This document shows, piece by piece, positions 39,496 through 47,537 of a DNA stretch of 64,000 nt. The number at the start of each line of letters is the position of its first letter. Positions within the stretch are counted from its first letter, which is position 1. This DNA comes from an uncultured Thermoleophilaceae bacterium. GTDB lineage: Bacteria; Actinomycetota; Thermoleophilia; Solirubrobacterales; Thermoleophilaceae. The stretch is taken from positions 5,638 to 69,637 of the forward strand of contig CAWEGR010000006.1 of assembly GCA_963808775.1 (NCBI GenBank), in the 5' to 3' direction. A model generated the notes under the pieces. The model made no database searches and was not told the origin of the DNA. It saw only the letters and a list, made by a program, of their open reading frames with translations. Made by a program: the position numbers and the translations under genes.

Positions 39496-40755
39496 GTGGA
39501 CGAAGCGGCGCGGCTGCGCGAGCAGCTCGACTACCTCGAGCGCTCGAGCCCCTTCTACGCGGAGCGGATCGCGGGCGAGCGGGCGCTCGAGGCGCTGCCG
39601 CTCACGACGAAGGAGGAGCTGCGGGAGTCGCAGCGCTCCGCTCCGCCCTTCGGCGCCCACCTGTGCGCTCCGCGCGAGCGGCTCGTGCGCATGCACGCGA
39701 CGTCGGGCACGACGGGCGAGCCGGTGGCCGTCGGCTTCACGCGCGCCGACCACGAGCGCAACAGCGCGATCGGCGGCGAGGCGTTCCGGATCGCGGGCGT
39801 GCTGCCCGGCGACGTGATGGCGCACTGCCTCAACTACACGCTCTACGCGGGCGGGATCGCCGACCACATGGCGCTCGAGGCGAGCGGCGCGACGGTGCTG
39901 CCGATCGGGACCGGCCAGTCGCGCCGCCTGCTCGACCTGATCCCGAAGCTCGGCGTGACCGGGATCTTCGGCACGCTCTCGTACCCCGCCTACCTCGCCG
40001 AGCGGGCGCGCGAGGACGGGCTCGACCCCGCCGCGCTCGGGCTTCGCCACATCGTGACCGCGGGCGAGCCGGGCGCGGGGCTGGCCGCGGTGCGGAGCGA
40101 GATCGAGACGGCCTGGGGCGTGAGCGTGAGGGACTCGTTCGGGATGAGCGACGTCTGGTCGACGATGGCGGGCGAGTGCGGCGAGTCGGAGGGGCTCCAC
40201 CTGACGACCGGCGATCACGCGGTGCTCGAGCTGGTCGACCCCGTGAGCGGCGAGCCCGTCGCGCTCGCGGACGGCGCGAGCGGCGAGCTCGTCTGGACGC
40301 ACCTGCGCCGCGAGGCCTCGCCGCTCCTCCGCTACCGCTCGGGCGACCTCGGGCGCGTCTGGACCTCGCCCTGCCCCTGTGGCCGCGACAGCCCGCGGAT
40401 CGCGATCGACGGGCGCGCGGACGACATGCTGCGCGTCCAGGCGGTGAACGTGTATCCGCAGGCGATCGCCACGCTCGTCTCCGCGGACGGGCGGCTCGGC
40501 CGTCACTGCGTGGTGGCCGCCGGCGACCCGATCGTGCCGCCGCTCGAGCTCTACGTCGAGGCGGCCGCGGAGGTCGAGCTCGAGGAGCTCGCCGCCCGGC
40601 TCGGGGAGACCCTGCGCGCGCGCTTTGCCGTCATCCGGATCGAGCCCGGGACGCTCCCCGTGGCCGAGCACAAGACCCGCACCGTGTTCAGGACGGCGCG
40701 CGGCGACACGCCGCCGCCCGAGATCGAGAAGCTGAGGAGGAGGGGATCGCCGTGA
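39496..40755 (+). CDS. PaaK-like adenylate-forming CoA ligase (phenylacetate-CoA ligase / F390 synthetase family)
   Basis: GTG lies 2 nt after the upstream stop. LPLTTKEELRESQ...MHATSGTTGEPV (P-loop-like AMP motif)...SGDLGRV...GRADDMLRVQAVNVYP. Confidence 0.8.
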   Translation: MDEAARLREQLDYLERSSPFYAERIAGERALEALPLTTKEELRESQRSAPPFGAHLCAPRERLVRMHATSGTTGEPVAVGFTRADHERNSAIGGEAFRIAGVLPGDVMAHCLNYTLYAGGIADHMALEASGATVLPIGTGQSRRLLDLIPKLGVTGIFGTLSYPAYLAERAREDGLDPAALGLRHIVTAGEPGAGLAAVRSEIETAWGVSVRDSFGMSDVWSTMAGECGESEGLHLTTGDHAVLELVDPVSGEPVALADGASGELVWTHLRREASPLLRYRSGDLGRVWTSPCPCGRDSPRIAIDGRADDMLRVQAVNVYPQAIATLVSADGRLGRHCVVAAGDPIVPPLELYVEAAAEVELEELAARLGETLRARFAVIRIEPGTLPVAEHKTRTVFRTARGDTPPPEIEKLRRRGSP

Positions 40756-41504
40756 GCGTCAACGTCGAGGAGCGCGGTGGCGCTCGAGTGGTCGAGTGGG
40801 ATCGTCAGAACAGGCGCAACGCCTGGGACCTCGGGACGATGAGCGCCATCGCCGACGCGGTCGAGTCCGCCGGGGCCGACCCCGCGGTGCGCGTGATCGC
40901 GCTGCGCGGAGCGGGCGGCCACTTCTCGGCGGGCGACGACCTGCAGGACGCGCTCGAGTCGGACAGCGCGGGATTCGCCGCGACGATCGAGGGCTTCCAG
41001 CGCATGACGCGGGTGGTGCTCGCCGCGCCCGTTCCCGTGATCGCGCTCGTCGACGGCGCCTGTGTGGGCGGCGCGCTCGAGTTCGCGGCGAGCTGCGACC
41101 TGCGCATCTGCACCGAGCGGATCCGCCTGATGACCCCCGAGGTCACGATCGGCCTGGTGGCATCGAACGCCGGCACGCTGCTGCTCCCGGAGCTGGTGGG
41201 CGAAACGGCCGCGCGTGCGCTGCTCCTGTCGGGCGAGGAGCGCGACGCCGAGTGGGCGCGCGAGCACGGCTTCGCGACCGAGTTCGCCGCGCCGTCCGGC
41301 CTCGACGCCCGGATCGCCTACTGGACCTCGGTGTTCTCGCGCAACTCCCGCGACGCGATCGCGGCGACCAAGGCGATGTTGAACGCCCGCCTCGGCGCGC
41401 TCCTCCCGGCGGCGATGGACCGCGAGACCCACCACTGCGTCCGGCTCTTCGACGAGCCGGACGCGCGGGCGGCCCTGCGGGCGTTCGCGGAGGCGCGGGG
41501 CTGA
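40752..41504 (+). CDS. Enoyl-CoA hydratase/isomerase (crotonase) family protein
   Basis: GTGA overlap with the ligase stop. RNAWD...VIALRGAGGHFSAGDDL...VIALVDGACVGGALEFAASCDLRI. Confidence 0.85.
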   Translation: MSVNVEERGGARVVEWDRQNRRNAWDLGTMSAIADAVESAGADPAVRVIALRGAGGHFSAGDDLQDALESDSAGFAATIEGFQRMTRVVLAAPVPVIALVDGACVGGALEFAASCDLRICTERIRLMTPEVTIGLVASNAGTLLLPELVGETAARALLLSGEERDAEWAREHGFATEFAAPSGLDARIAYWTSVFSRNSRDAIAATKAMLNARLGALLPAAMDRETHHCVRLFDEPDARAALRAFAEARG

Positions 41505-41519
41505 GGCGCGCCGGCGCCG

Positions 41520-42989
41520 CTACGCCGCCTCCTGCCACGCCGGCTCGGCCGACGGGGCGCGCTCGTGCTTCGGCTCCTCGGCGGCGACCGCCACCGGGGT
41601 CCGTAGCAGCGCCAGCGCGGCTCCGATCGCGACGACCACGAGCGCCGCGCCGAGCAGGAACGCCAGCCGGTAGCCGTCCGTGAGCGCCTCGAGGCGCGGC
41701 TCTCCGCTCGCGAGCAGGTCGTCCGTGCGCGTGGCCGAGAGCGTCGCCAGGACCGCCAGGCCGAGCGCGCCGCCCACCTGCATCGTCGTGTTGACGAGCC
41801 CCGACGCGAGCCCCGAGTCGCTCGGGGTCGCGCCCGACATGGCGAGCGTCATCAGCGCCGGGAACGACAGCCCGGCGCCGACGCCGAGCAGGATCATCGA
41901 CGGCAGCAGGTCCGTCACGTAGTCGCCGTCGACCGGCACCCCGGCCAGCAGCGCGAGCCCGACCGCGATCAGGACGAGCCCCGGCAGCAGCGTCGCTCGC
42001 TCGCCGAAGCGCGTCATCAACCGCGCCGACACGCCGAGCGAGAACACGCCGATCCCCACCGATACCGGCAGGAAGGCGAGCCCGGTCTCGACGGCGTCAT
42101 AGCCGAGCACCTGCTGGAGGTAGAGCGCGCCCAGGAAGAACATCCCGAACAGGCCCGCGACCATCAGCACCTGGACCACGTTCGCGCCCGTCACGTTGCG
42201 GGAGCGGAACAGCCGCAGCGGCATCAGCGGGTTGCGCGCGGTCGCCTCGCGCGCCACGAACGCCGCCAGCAGCAGCAGCGAGACGCCACCCAGCAGGATC
42301 GTCCGCGTGGCTCCGAAGCCGTGGTCGCTCGCCTGCACGATCGCGTAGACGCCGATCATCAGCGCGCTCGTGATGAGCAGGGCGCCGGGAACGTCGGCCC
42401 CGCGGCGCAGCCCGATGCCGTCCTCGCGGCCGACGAGCCGCACGGCGAAGACCGCCGTGGCGATGCCGATCGGGATGTTCACGAAGAAGATCCAGTGCCA
42501 GTTGATGGCCTGGGTGAGCACGCCGCCGGCGAGCAGGCCGATCGAGGCGCCGGCCGAGGCCACGAAGCTGTAGACGCCGATCGCCTTCGCCTGCTCCCTG
42601 GGCTCGGGGAACATCGTCACGATCATCCCGAGCACCACCGCGGAGGTGAACGCGCCGCCGATGCCCTGGGCGAAGCGCGCGCCGATCAGCACCTCCTGGC
42701 TCTGCGCGAGGCCGCACAGGAGAGAGGCGAGCGTGAACAGCGCGAGCCCGCCGAGGAAGACCGACTTGCGGCCGATCAGGTCGCCGATCCGCCCGGCGAG
42801 CAGGAGCAGGCCGCCGAAGGCGATCAGGTAGGCGTTCATCACCCAGGCGAGGCTCGACTGCGAGAAGCCGAGGTCCTCCTGGATCGCCGGCAGGGCGACG
42901 TTCACGACGGTCGAGTCGAGGATGATCATCAGCATCCCGACGCAGAGGACGACGAGGGCGAGCCAACGATTCGTTTCGGTCCCGGTCAT
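41520..42989 (-). CDS. MFS transporter, DHA2 (EmrB/QacA-like, 14-TMS) family
   Basis: LDSTVVNVALPAIQEDLGFS...AGRIGDLIGRK...WHWIFFVNIPIG is the typical DHA2 signature. ATG at 42989. Confidence 0.9.
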   Translation of the reverse strand: MTGTETNRWLALVVLCVGMLMIILDSTVVNVALPAIQEDLGFSQSSLAWVMNAYLIAFGGLLLLAGRIGDLIGRKSVFLGGLALFTLASLLCGLAQSQEVLIGARFAQGIGGAFTSAVVLGMIVTMFPEPREQAKAIGVYSFVASAGASIGLLAGGVLTQAINWHWIFFVNIPIGIATAVFAVRLVGREDGIGLRRGADVPGALLITSALMIGVYAIVQASDHGFGATRTILLGGVSLLLLAAFVAREATARNPLMPLRLFRSRNVTGANVVQVLMVAGLFGMFFLGALYLQQVLGYDAVETGLAFLPVSVGIGVFSLGVSARLMTRFGERATLLPGLVLIAVGLALLAGVPVDGDYVTDLLPSMILLGVGAGLSFPALMTLAMSGATPSDSGLASGLVNTTMQVGGALGLAVLATLSATRTDDLLASGEPRLEALTDGYRLAFLLGAALVVVAIGAALALLRTPVAVAAEEPKHERAPSAEPAWQEAA

Positions 42990-43042
42990 GGCCGGACCGT
43001 AGCAGATCATCCCAATCGGGACGATCTAGGTTGGATCGATTC

Positions 43043-43525
43043 CTACGGAGCCGATCCGTTCGTGTCGCGGGCGCCGCACACGAGCCGGGTCAGGCCCGAC
43101 AGGAGCGCGCTGCGCTCGGCCGCGGGCAGCCGCTCGAGCATCTCCTTCTGAGTGGCCTCGATGACCTTGCGCGCCTTGGCGACCCGGCGCTCGCCCGCCT
43201 CGGTGACCTTCACGACCCGCACGCGGCGGTCGCGGCTCGAGGGCATGCGCTTGGCGAGGCCGTCGGCCTCGAGCCCGTCGAGCGTGACCACCATCGTGGT
43301 CTTGTCGAGCCCGATCAGGTTGGCGAGCTCGATCTGCGTGTGGTCGCCCGTCATGGCCGAGGCGAGCACGCAGTAGCGCCGCGAGGAGAGGCCGAGCGGC
43401 TCGAGGCGGGCGGACATCTCCGCCGCCAGCACGTGCTCCGCCTGGCCGAGGAGCCAGCCGAGATTGTCCGTGAGGCAGCCGGGCGATGCCGCCTGCTTCA
43501 CCGGAGTCTCGACCTGACTGGCCAC
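43043..43525 (-). CDS. MarR family transcriptional regulator
   Basis: LSSRRYCVLASAMTGDHTQIELANLIGLDKTTMVVTLDGLEADGLAKRMPSSRDRRVRVV is a winged-helix MarR core. It lies directly upstream of the DHA2 pump on the same strand. Confidence 0.9.
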   Translation of the reverse strand: MASQVETPVKQAASPGCLTDNLGWLLGQAEHVLAAEMSARLEPLGLSSRRYCVLASAMTGDHTQIELANLIGLDKTTMVVTLDGLEADGLAKRMPSSRDRRVRVVKVTEAGERRVAKARKVIEATQKEMLERLPAAERSALLSGLTRLVCGARDTNGSAP

Positions 43526-43576
43526 GTGGCCAATGCTAGGCCATGGGCAGGAGGGCGGGCTCTAGTCTCGACAGGC

Positions 43577-44428
43577 GTGAGCACCACGCTCCCCGTGGAC
43601 CGCCTCGACGAGGGCGTCGTCGTCCAGGTGATGCCGATCGAGAACTTCTCGTTCGAGGTGCCGCGCGAGCCGCACCGGCACGACTATCACGAGCTGATCT
43701 GGGTCAGCGAGGGCGAGGGCGAGCACCTGATCGACGGCGAGGTCGTGCCGGTCGTGCCGGGCACCGTGACCGTGATCGGGCGCGCGCAGGTCCACCAGTT
43801 CCGGCGCGTGCGCAACCTGAGCGGCGCCGTGCTGCGCTTCCAGGACGAGGCGGTCGACGGCAGCGCCGGCAACGTCGGCGGCCGCTGGCTGCTCGCGTGC
43901 CGCGGCACCCGCACGATCCGCGTGCCGGACGGCGCCTGCGACCAGGTCGGCGGCCTGATCGCCGCCCTGACGGCCGAGGCGGGCGCGAAGCCCGACGAGT
44001 ACACCGCCGGCGCCCAGCGCCACCTCGTCTCGACCCTGCTCCTGTGGCTCGAGCGCTGGTTCGATGCCCAGCAGAACGGGCTCGCGCAGGGCGAGGACGG
44101 CGACGCGGCGCTTCACCGCCGCTTCATCGAGCTGCTCGAGCACGACTACGCGCGCCATCACGACGCCTCGCACTACGCCGACGCCCTCGGGGTGCCGCAG
44201 GCCGCCCTCTCGCGCGCGCTGTCGAACATCACGGGCATGTCGACCAAGGAGCTCGTGCTCGACCGGGTGCTGCTCGAGGCCACCCGCCTGCTCCGCTTCA
44301 CGGACCTGACGATCGGCGAGATCGCCCATCGGGTCGGATATCACGACCCGCTCTACTTCTCGCGGGCGTTCAAGCGGGCCGCCGGACGCGCACCCCAGGC
44401 CTACCGGCACTCGGCGCGCGGGAGTTGA
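43577..44428 (+). CDS. AraC family transcriptional regulator (cupin plus HTH)
   Basis: HRHDYHELIWVSEGEGEHLIDG (cupin) and YADALGVPQAALSRALSNITGMSTKELVLDRVLLEATRLLRFTDLTIGEIAHRVGYHDPLYFSRAFK. The GTG start at 43577 is tentative. Confidence 0.8.
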   Translation: MSTTLPVDRLDEGVVVQVMPIENFSFEVPREPHRHDYHELIWVSEGEGEHLIDGEVVPVVPGTVTVIGRAQVHQFRRVRNLSGAVLRFQDEAVDGSAGNVGGRWLLACRGTRTIRVPDGACDQVGGLIAALTAEAGAKPDEYTAGAQRHLVSTLLLWLERWFDAQQNGLAQGEDGDAALHRRFIELLEHDYARHHDASHYADALGVPQAALSRALSNITGMSTKELVLDRVLLEATRLLRFTDLTIGEIAHRVGYHDPLYFSRAFKRAAGRAPQAYRHSARGS

Positions 44429-44531
44429 CCGCCCCAGGGGCAAAAGTCCATGCATCCGCGAGGTTCTGCCATTGGCGCGGGGGGCTGATCGAGCGATCCT
44501 TTGATTGCACACGCAACCAAAGGAGCACCAG

Positions 44532-45080
44532 ATGAGCATCGCCGTCACTCAGATCCCCACCGGCACCTACAGCATCGATCCCTCCCACTCGCGCGTCGAG
44601 TTCGGCGTGAAGCACCTCGGCATCGCCACCGTCAAGGGCTCGTTCGCGACCTTCGAGGGGACGCTCGAGGTGGATGGCGATCTCGAGTCGGCCCGCGCGT
44701 ATGGCACGGTCGACGTCGCGAGCGTCGACACGAAGGAGGCGCGCCGCGACGAGCACCTCCGCTCCGGTGACTTCTTCGACGCGGAGAACCACCCGAAGAT
44801 GACCTTCCGCTCGACCGAGATCCGCCCCTCGGGCGAGGACACGTTCGAGATCGCCGGCGAGCTCGAGCTGCGCGGAGTGACCCGCGAGATCGTGCTCCAG
44901 GCCGAGATCACGGGCACCGAGACCGACCCGTGGGGCGGCGAGCGCGTGGGCCTCGAGATCACGGGTCAGCTGAACCGCGGCGAGTACGGCCTCACCTGGA
45001 ACCAGGTGCTCGGCTCGGGCAACATGCTCGTCTCCGACAAGGTCAAGCTCGCCCTCGACATCTCCGCCGTCAGGTCCTAG
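44532..45080 (+). CDS. YceI family protein
   Basis: AAAGGAG RBS. GTYSIDPSHSRVEFGVKHLGIATVKGSF...RRDEHLRSGDFFDAENHPKMTF. Confidence 0.9.
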   Translation: MSIAVTQIPTGTYSIDPSHSRVEFGVKHLGIATVKGSFATFEGTLEVDGDLESARAYGTVDVASVDTKEARRDEHLRSGDFFDAENHPKMTFRSTEIRPSGEDTFEIAGELELRGVTREIVLQAEITGTETDPWGGERVGLEITGQLNRGEYGLTWNQVLGSGNMLVSDKVKLALDISAVRS

Positions 45081-45103
45081 CGACGGGCAGGTCCCCGGGT
45101 CAT

Positions 45104-45142
45104 GCGCGGCCGGCACTCGCCGGCCGCGCTGCGTTTGCTTTC
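45104..45142 (+). terminator. Rho-independent terminator after the YceI gene
   Basis: Perfect 11-bp stem gcgcggccggc / gccggccgcgc with loop actc, followed by tgcgtttgctttccc. Confidence 0.7.
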
Positions 45143-45215
45143 CCCCGGACCCGGAAATATCAGCGGCCACGGTCCCGGTCGGCGGGCGCCGTTCACCTGT
45201 GGGGAAGGGTCACTC

Positions 45216-47537
45216 ATGAGCCGTAGGTCTCGTCGTCTTCGCCTGCCCGCGATCGTTGCGATCGCCCTCCTGTTCGTCCTCGGCGCGGCCTCGCAGGCCG
45301 CCGCCCAGAACGTCGAGAGCAGGATCGACGCGCTGCTCGAGCAGATGACCCTGCAGGAGAAGCTGAACCAGCTCACCCTGCTCTCGGACGGGCAGATGAA
45401 GGAGAACCCGGCCGAGGCCCGCAAGCCCGTCGGCGCGGTCTTCTCGGAGACCGACCCCGTCTTGATCAACCAGTACCAGCGCGACGCGGTCGAGAACTCG
45501 CGGCTCGGGATCCCGATCCTGTTCGCGTTCGACACGATCCACGGCTTCCGCACGATCTTCCCGATCCCGCTCGCCACCGCGAGCAGCTTCGATCCCTCAC
45601 TCGCGCGCGCGGACCACCGCATCGGCGCCTTCGAGTCCGCCGCCGTCGGCCTGAAGCAGATCTACAGCCCGATGGTCGACGTCTCGCACGAGCCGCGCTG
45701 GGGCCGGATCGCCGAGGCCGCCGGTGAGGATCCCTTCCTCAACGAGGTGATGGCGGTCGAGCGCGTGAAGGGCGCGCAGGGCAACGACTACTCGAATCCG
45801 AACAAGGTCGTCACGAGCACGAAGCACTACGCCGCCTACGGCCAGCCCGAGGCGGGCCGCGACTACGGCGACACCGACATGTCGCTGAACCGGCTCTGGA
45901 ACTTCTACCTGCCGCCGTTCAAGGCCGCGGTCGAGGCCGGCTCGGACACGATCATGTGCTCCTTCAACGCCATCAACGGCGTGCCCGGCTGCGCGAACCG
46001 CTACCTCGAGACGCGCGTGCTGAAGAACCGCTGGGGCTTCGACGGCTTCATCGAGAGCGACTACACGGCGGTCGCCGAGCTGCGCCAGTGCCCGGGCGAG
46101 AACCCGGACGGCGGTCCCTGCGGACACGGCTTCGCCGAGGACGGCCGCGACGCCGCCCGGCTCGCCCTGCTCGCGGGCACCGACTCGGAGATGGTCTCGA
46201 CGAACTTCCGCGACTTCGGCGCCTCGCTCGTGGGGAGCGGCGACGTCCCGCTGCGGCGGATCGACGACGCCGTGCGCCGCATCCTGCGCATCAAGTTCCG
46301 CGCCGGCCTGTTCGAGAACCCCTACGTCGACGTGGCCGCCGCTCCGGGCAAGATGCTGCTGCCGCAGCACCGCGCCGAGGCGCGCCGCGCGGCCTCGCGC
46401 TCGATGGTGCTGCTGAAGAACGACGGCCCGGTGCTGCCGCTCGACCCGAGCAAGTCGACGGCGATCATCGGCCCGCTCGGCGACGACAGGCACGACATGC
46501 TCGGCCCGTGGTGGGGCCGCGGCGACGACAACGACGTCGTCTCCATGTTCGAGGGCATGAAGGCGCGCAACCCGAACACCACGTACACGCCGGGCTGCAC
46601 CCTCTCGAACAACGAGCTCTACGACCCCGAGAACGAGTGCGGCAACGACAGCGGCTTCGCGGCCGCGGTCCAGGCCGCGCAGGCAGCCGACCAGGTGATC
46701 CTCGCGCTCGGCGAGACGCGCGAGATGAGCGGCGAGGCCGAGTCGCGCTCGATGCTCGACCTGCCCGGAATGCAGGAGGAGCTGATCGAGGCGATCAAGG
46801 AGGGCCTCGAGGGCACCGGCAAGCCGTTCGCGGTCGTGCTCTTCAACGGCCGCCCGCTCGCGCTCGAGGAGGTCCGCGCGAACTCACCGGCGATCCTCGA
46901 GGCGTGGTTCCCGGGCGTCGAGGCGGGCAACGCGCTCGCCGACGTGATCTACGGCGACGTGAACCCCGGCGGCAAGCTGCCGGTCAGCTTCCCGGTCAAC
47001 GTCGGCCAGGTGCCGATCTTCTACAACCACAGGCGCACGGGCCGGCCCTGCGACATCGGCTCGAAGTACAACAACAGGCACCGCGACATCCTCAGCTGCC
47101 TGCCCCTGTACGAGTTCGGCTACGGCCTCAGCTACACCACGTTCCAGGTGGCCGGGACGCGCATCAACCGGCCGACGCTGAACGCCACGGGCGAAGGCCG
47201 CATCCGCGTGCGCGCGGAGGTCACGAACACCGGCGACCGGACGGGCGACGAGGTGGCGCAGCTCTACATCCACGACCCGGTGGCGAGCATCACGCAGCCG
47301 GTCAGGCGGCTGCGCGGGTTCGAGCGCGTGACGCTCGCGCCGGACGAGACGAGGACGGTCACGTTCTGGCTCGATCGCGACGACGTCGGCTTCTACGACA
47401 ACCGCGGCCGCTTCGTGGTCGAGAACGGCCGGATCCACGTCTGGGTCGGCAACAGCTCGGGCGTCACGGCGGGCCGCCAGATCTTCACGGTCACGGGCGG
47501 GTCCTCGACGGCGGCGAACAGGCGCCGAGCCCGCTAG
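45216..47537 (+). CDS. Secreted glycoside hydrolase family 3 (beta-glucosidase/BglX-like)
   Basis: MSRRSRRLRLPAIVAIALLFVLGAASQAAA signal (Tat-like RR). DTIHGFRT, SPMVDVSHEPRWGRIAE, GFDGFIESDY (nucleophile region), C-terminal FN3-like domain. Confidence 0.9.
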   Translation: MSRRSRRLRLPAIVAIALLFVLGAASQAAAQNVESRIDALLEQMTLQEKLNQLTLLSDGQMKENPAEARKPVGAVFSETDPVLINQYQRDAVENSRLGIPILFAFDTIHGFRTIFPIPLATASSFDPSLARADHRIGAFESAAVGLKQIYSPMVDVSHEPRWGRIAEAAGEDPFLNEVMAVERVKGAQGNDYSNPNKVVTSTKHYAAYGQPEAGRDYGDTDMSLNRLWNFYLPPFKAAVEAGSDTIMCSFNAINGVPGCANRYLETRVLKNRWGFDGFIESDYTAVAELRQCPGENPDGGPCGHGFAEDGRDAARLALLAGTDSEMVSTNFRDFGASLVGSGDVPLRRIDDAVRRILRIKFRAGLFENPYVDVAAAPGKMLLPQHRAEARRAASRSMVLLKNDGPVLPLDPSKSTAIIGPLGDDRHDMLGPWWGRGDDNDVVSMFEGMKARNPNTTYTPGCTLSNNELYDPENECGNDSGFAAAVQAAQAADQVILALGETREMSGEAESRSMLDLPGMQEELIEAIKEGLEGTGKPFAVVLFNGRPLALEEVRANSPAILEAWFPGVEAGNALADVIYGDVNPGGKLPVSFPVNVGQVPIFYNHRRTGRPCDIGSKYNNRHRDILSCLPLYEFGYGLSYTTFQVAGTRINRPTLNATGEGRIRVRAEVTNTGDRTGDEVAQLYIHDPVASITQPVRRLRGFERVTLAPDETRTVTFWLDRDDVGFYDNRGRFVVENGRIHVWVGNSSGVTAGRQIFTVTGGSSTAANRRRAR

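Noticed and set aside
42990-43042. A short inverted repeat CGATC-taggttg-GATCG between the marR and DHA2 pump genes, as a possible MarR operator.
   Set aside because: The arms are only 5 bp and the repeat is located downstream of marR rather than in its promoter. That is too weak to call a regulatory site.
47534-47537. Convergent genes whose stop codons share a CTAG palindrome. This occurs here (GH3/LuxR) and again at 52411-52414 (methyltransferase/peroxidase).
   Set aside because: TAG read on both strands necessarily gives CTAG when convergent genes abut. Two instances are compatible with chance in a compact genome, and no further structure surrounds them.
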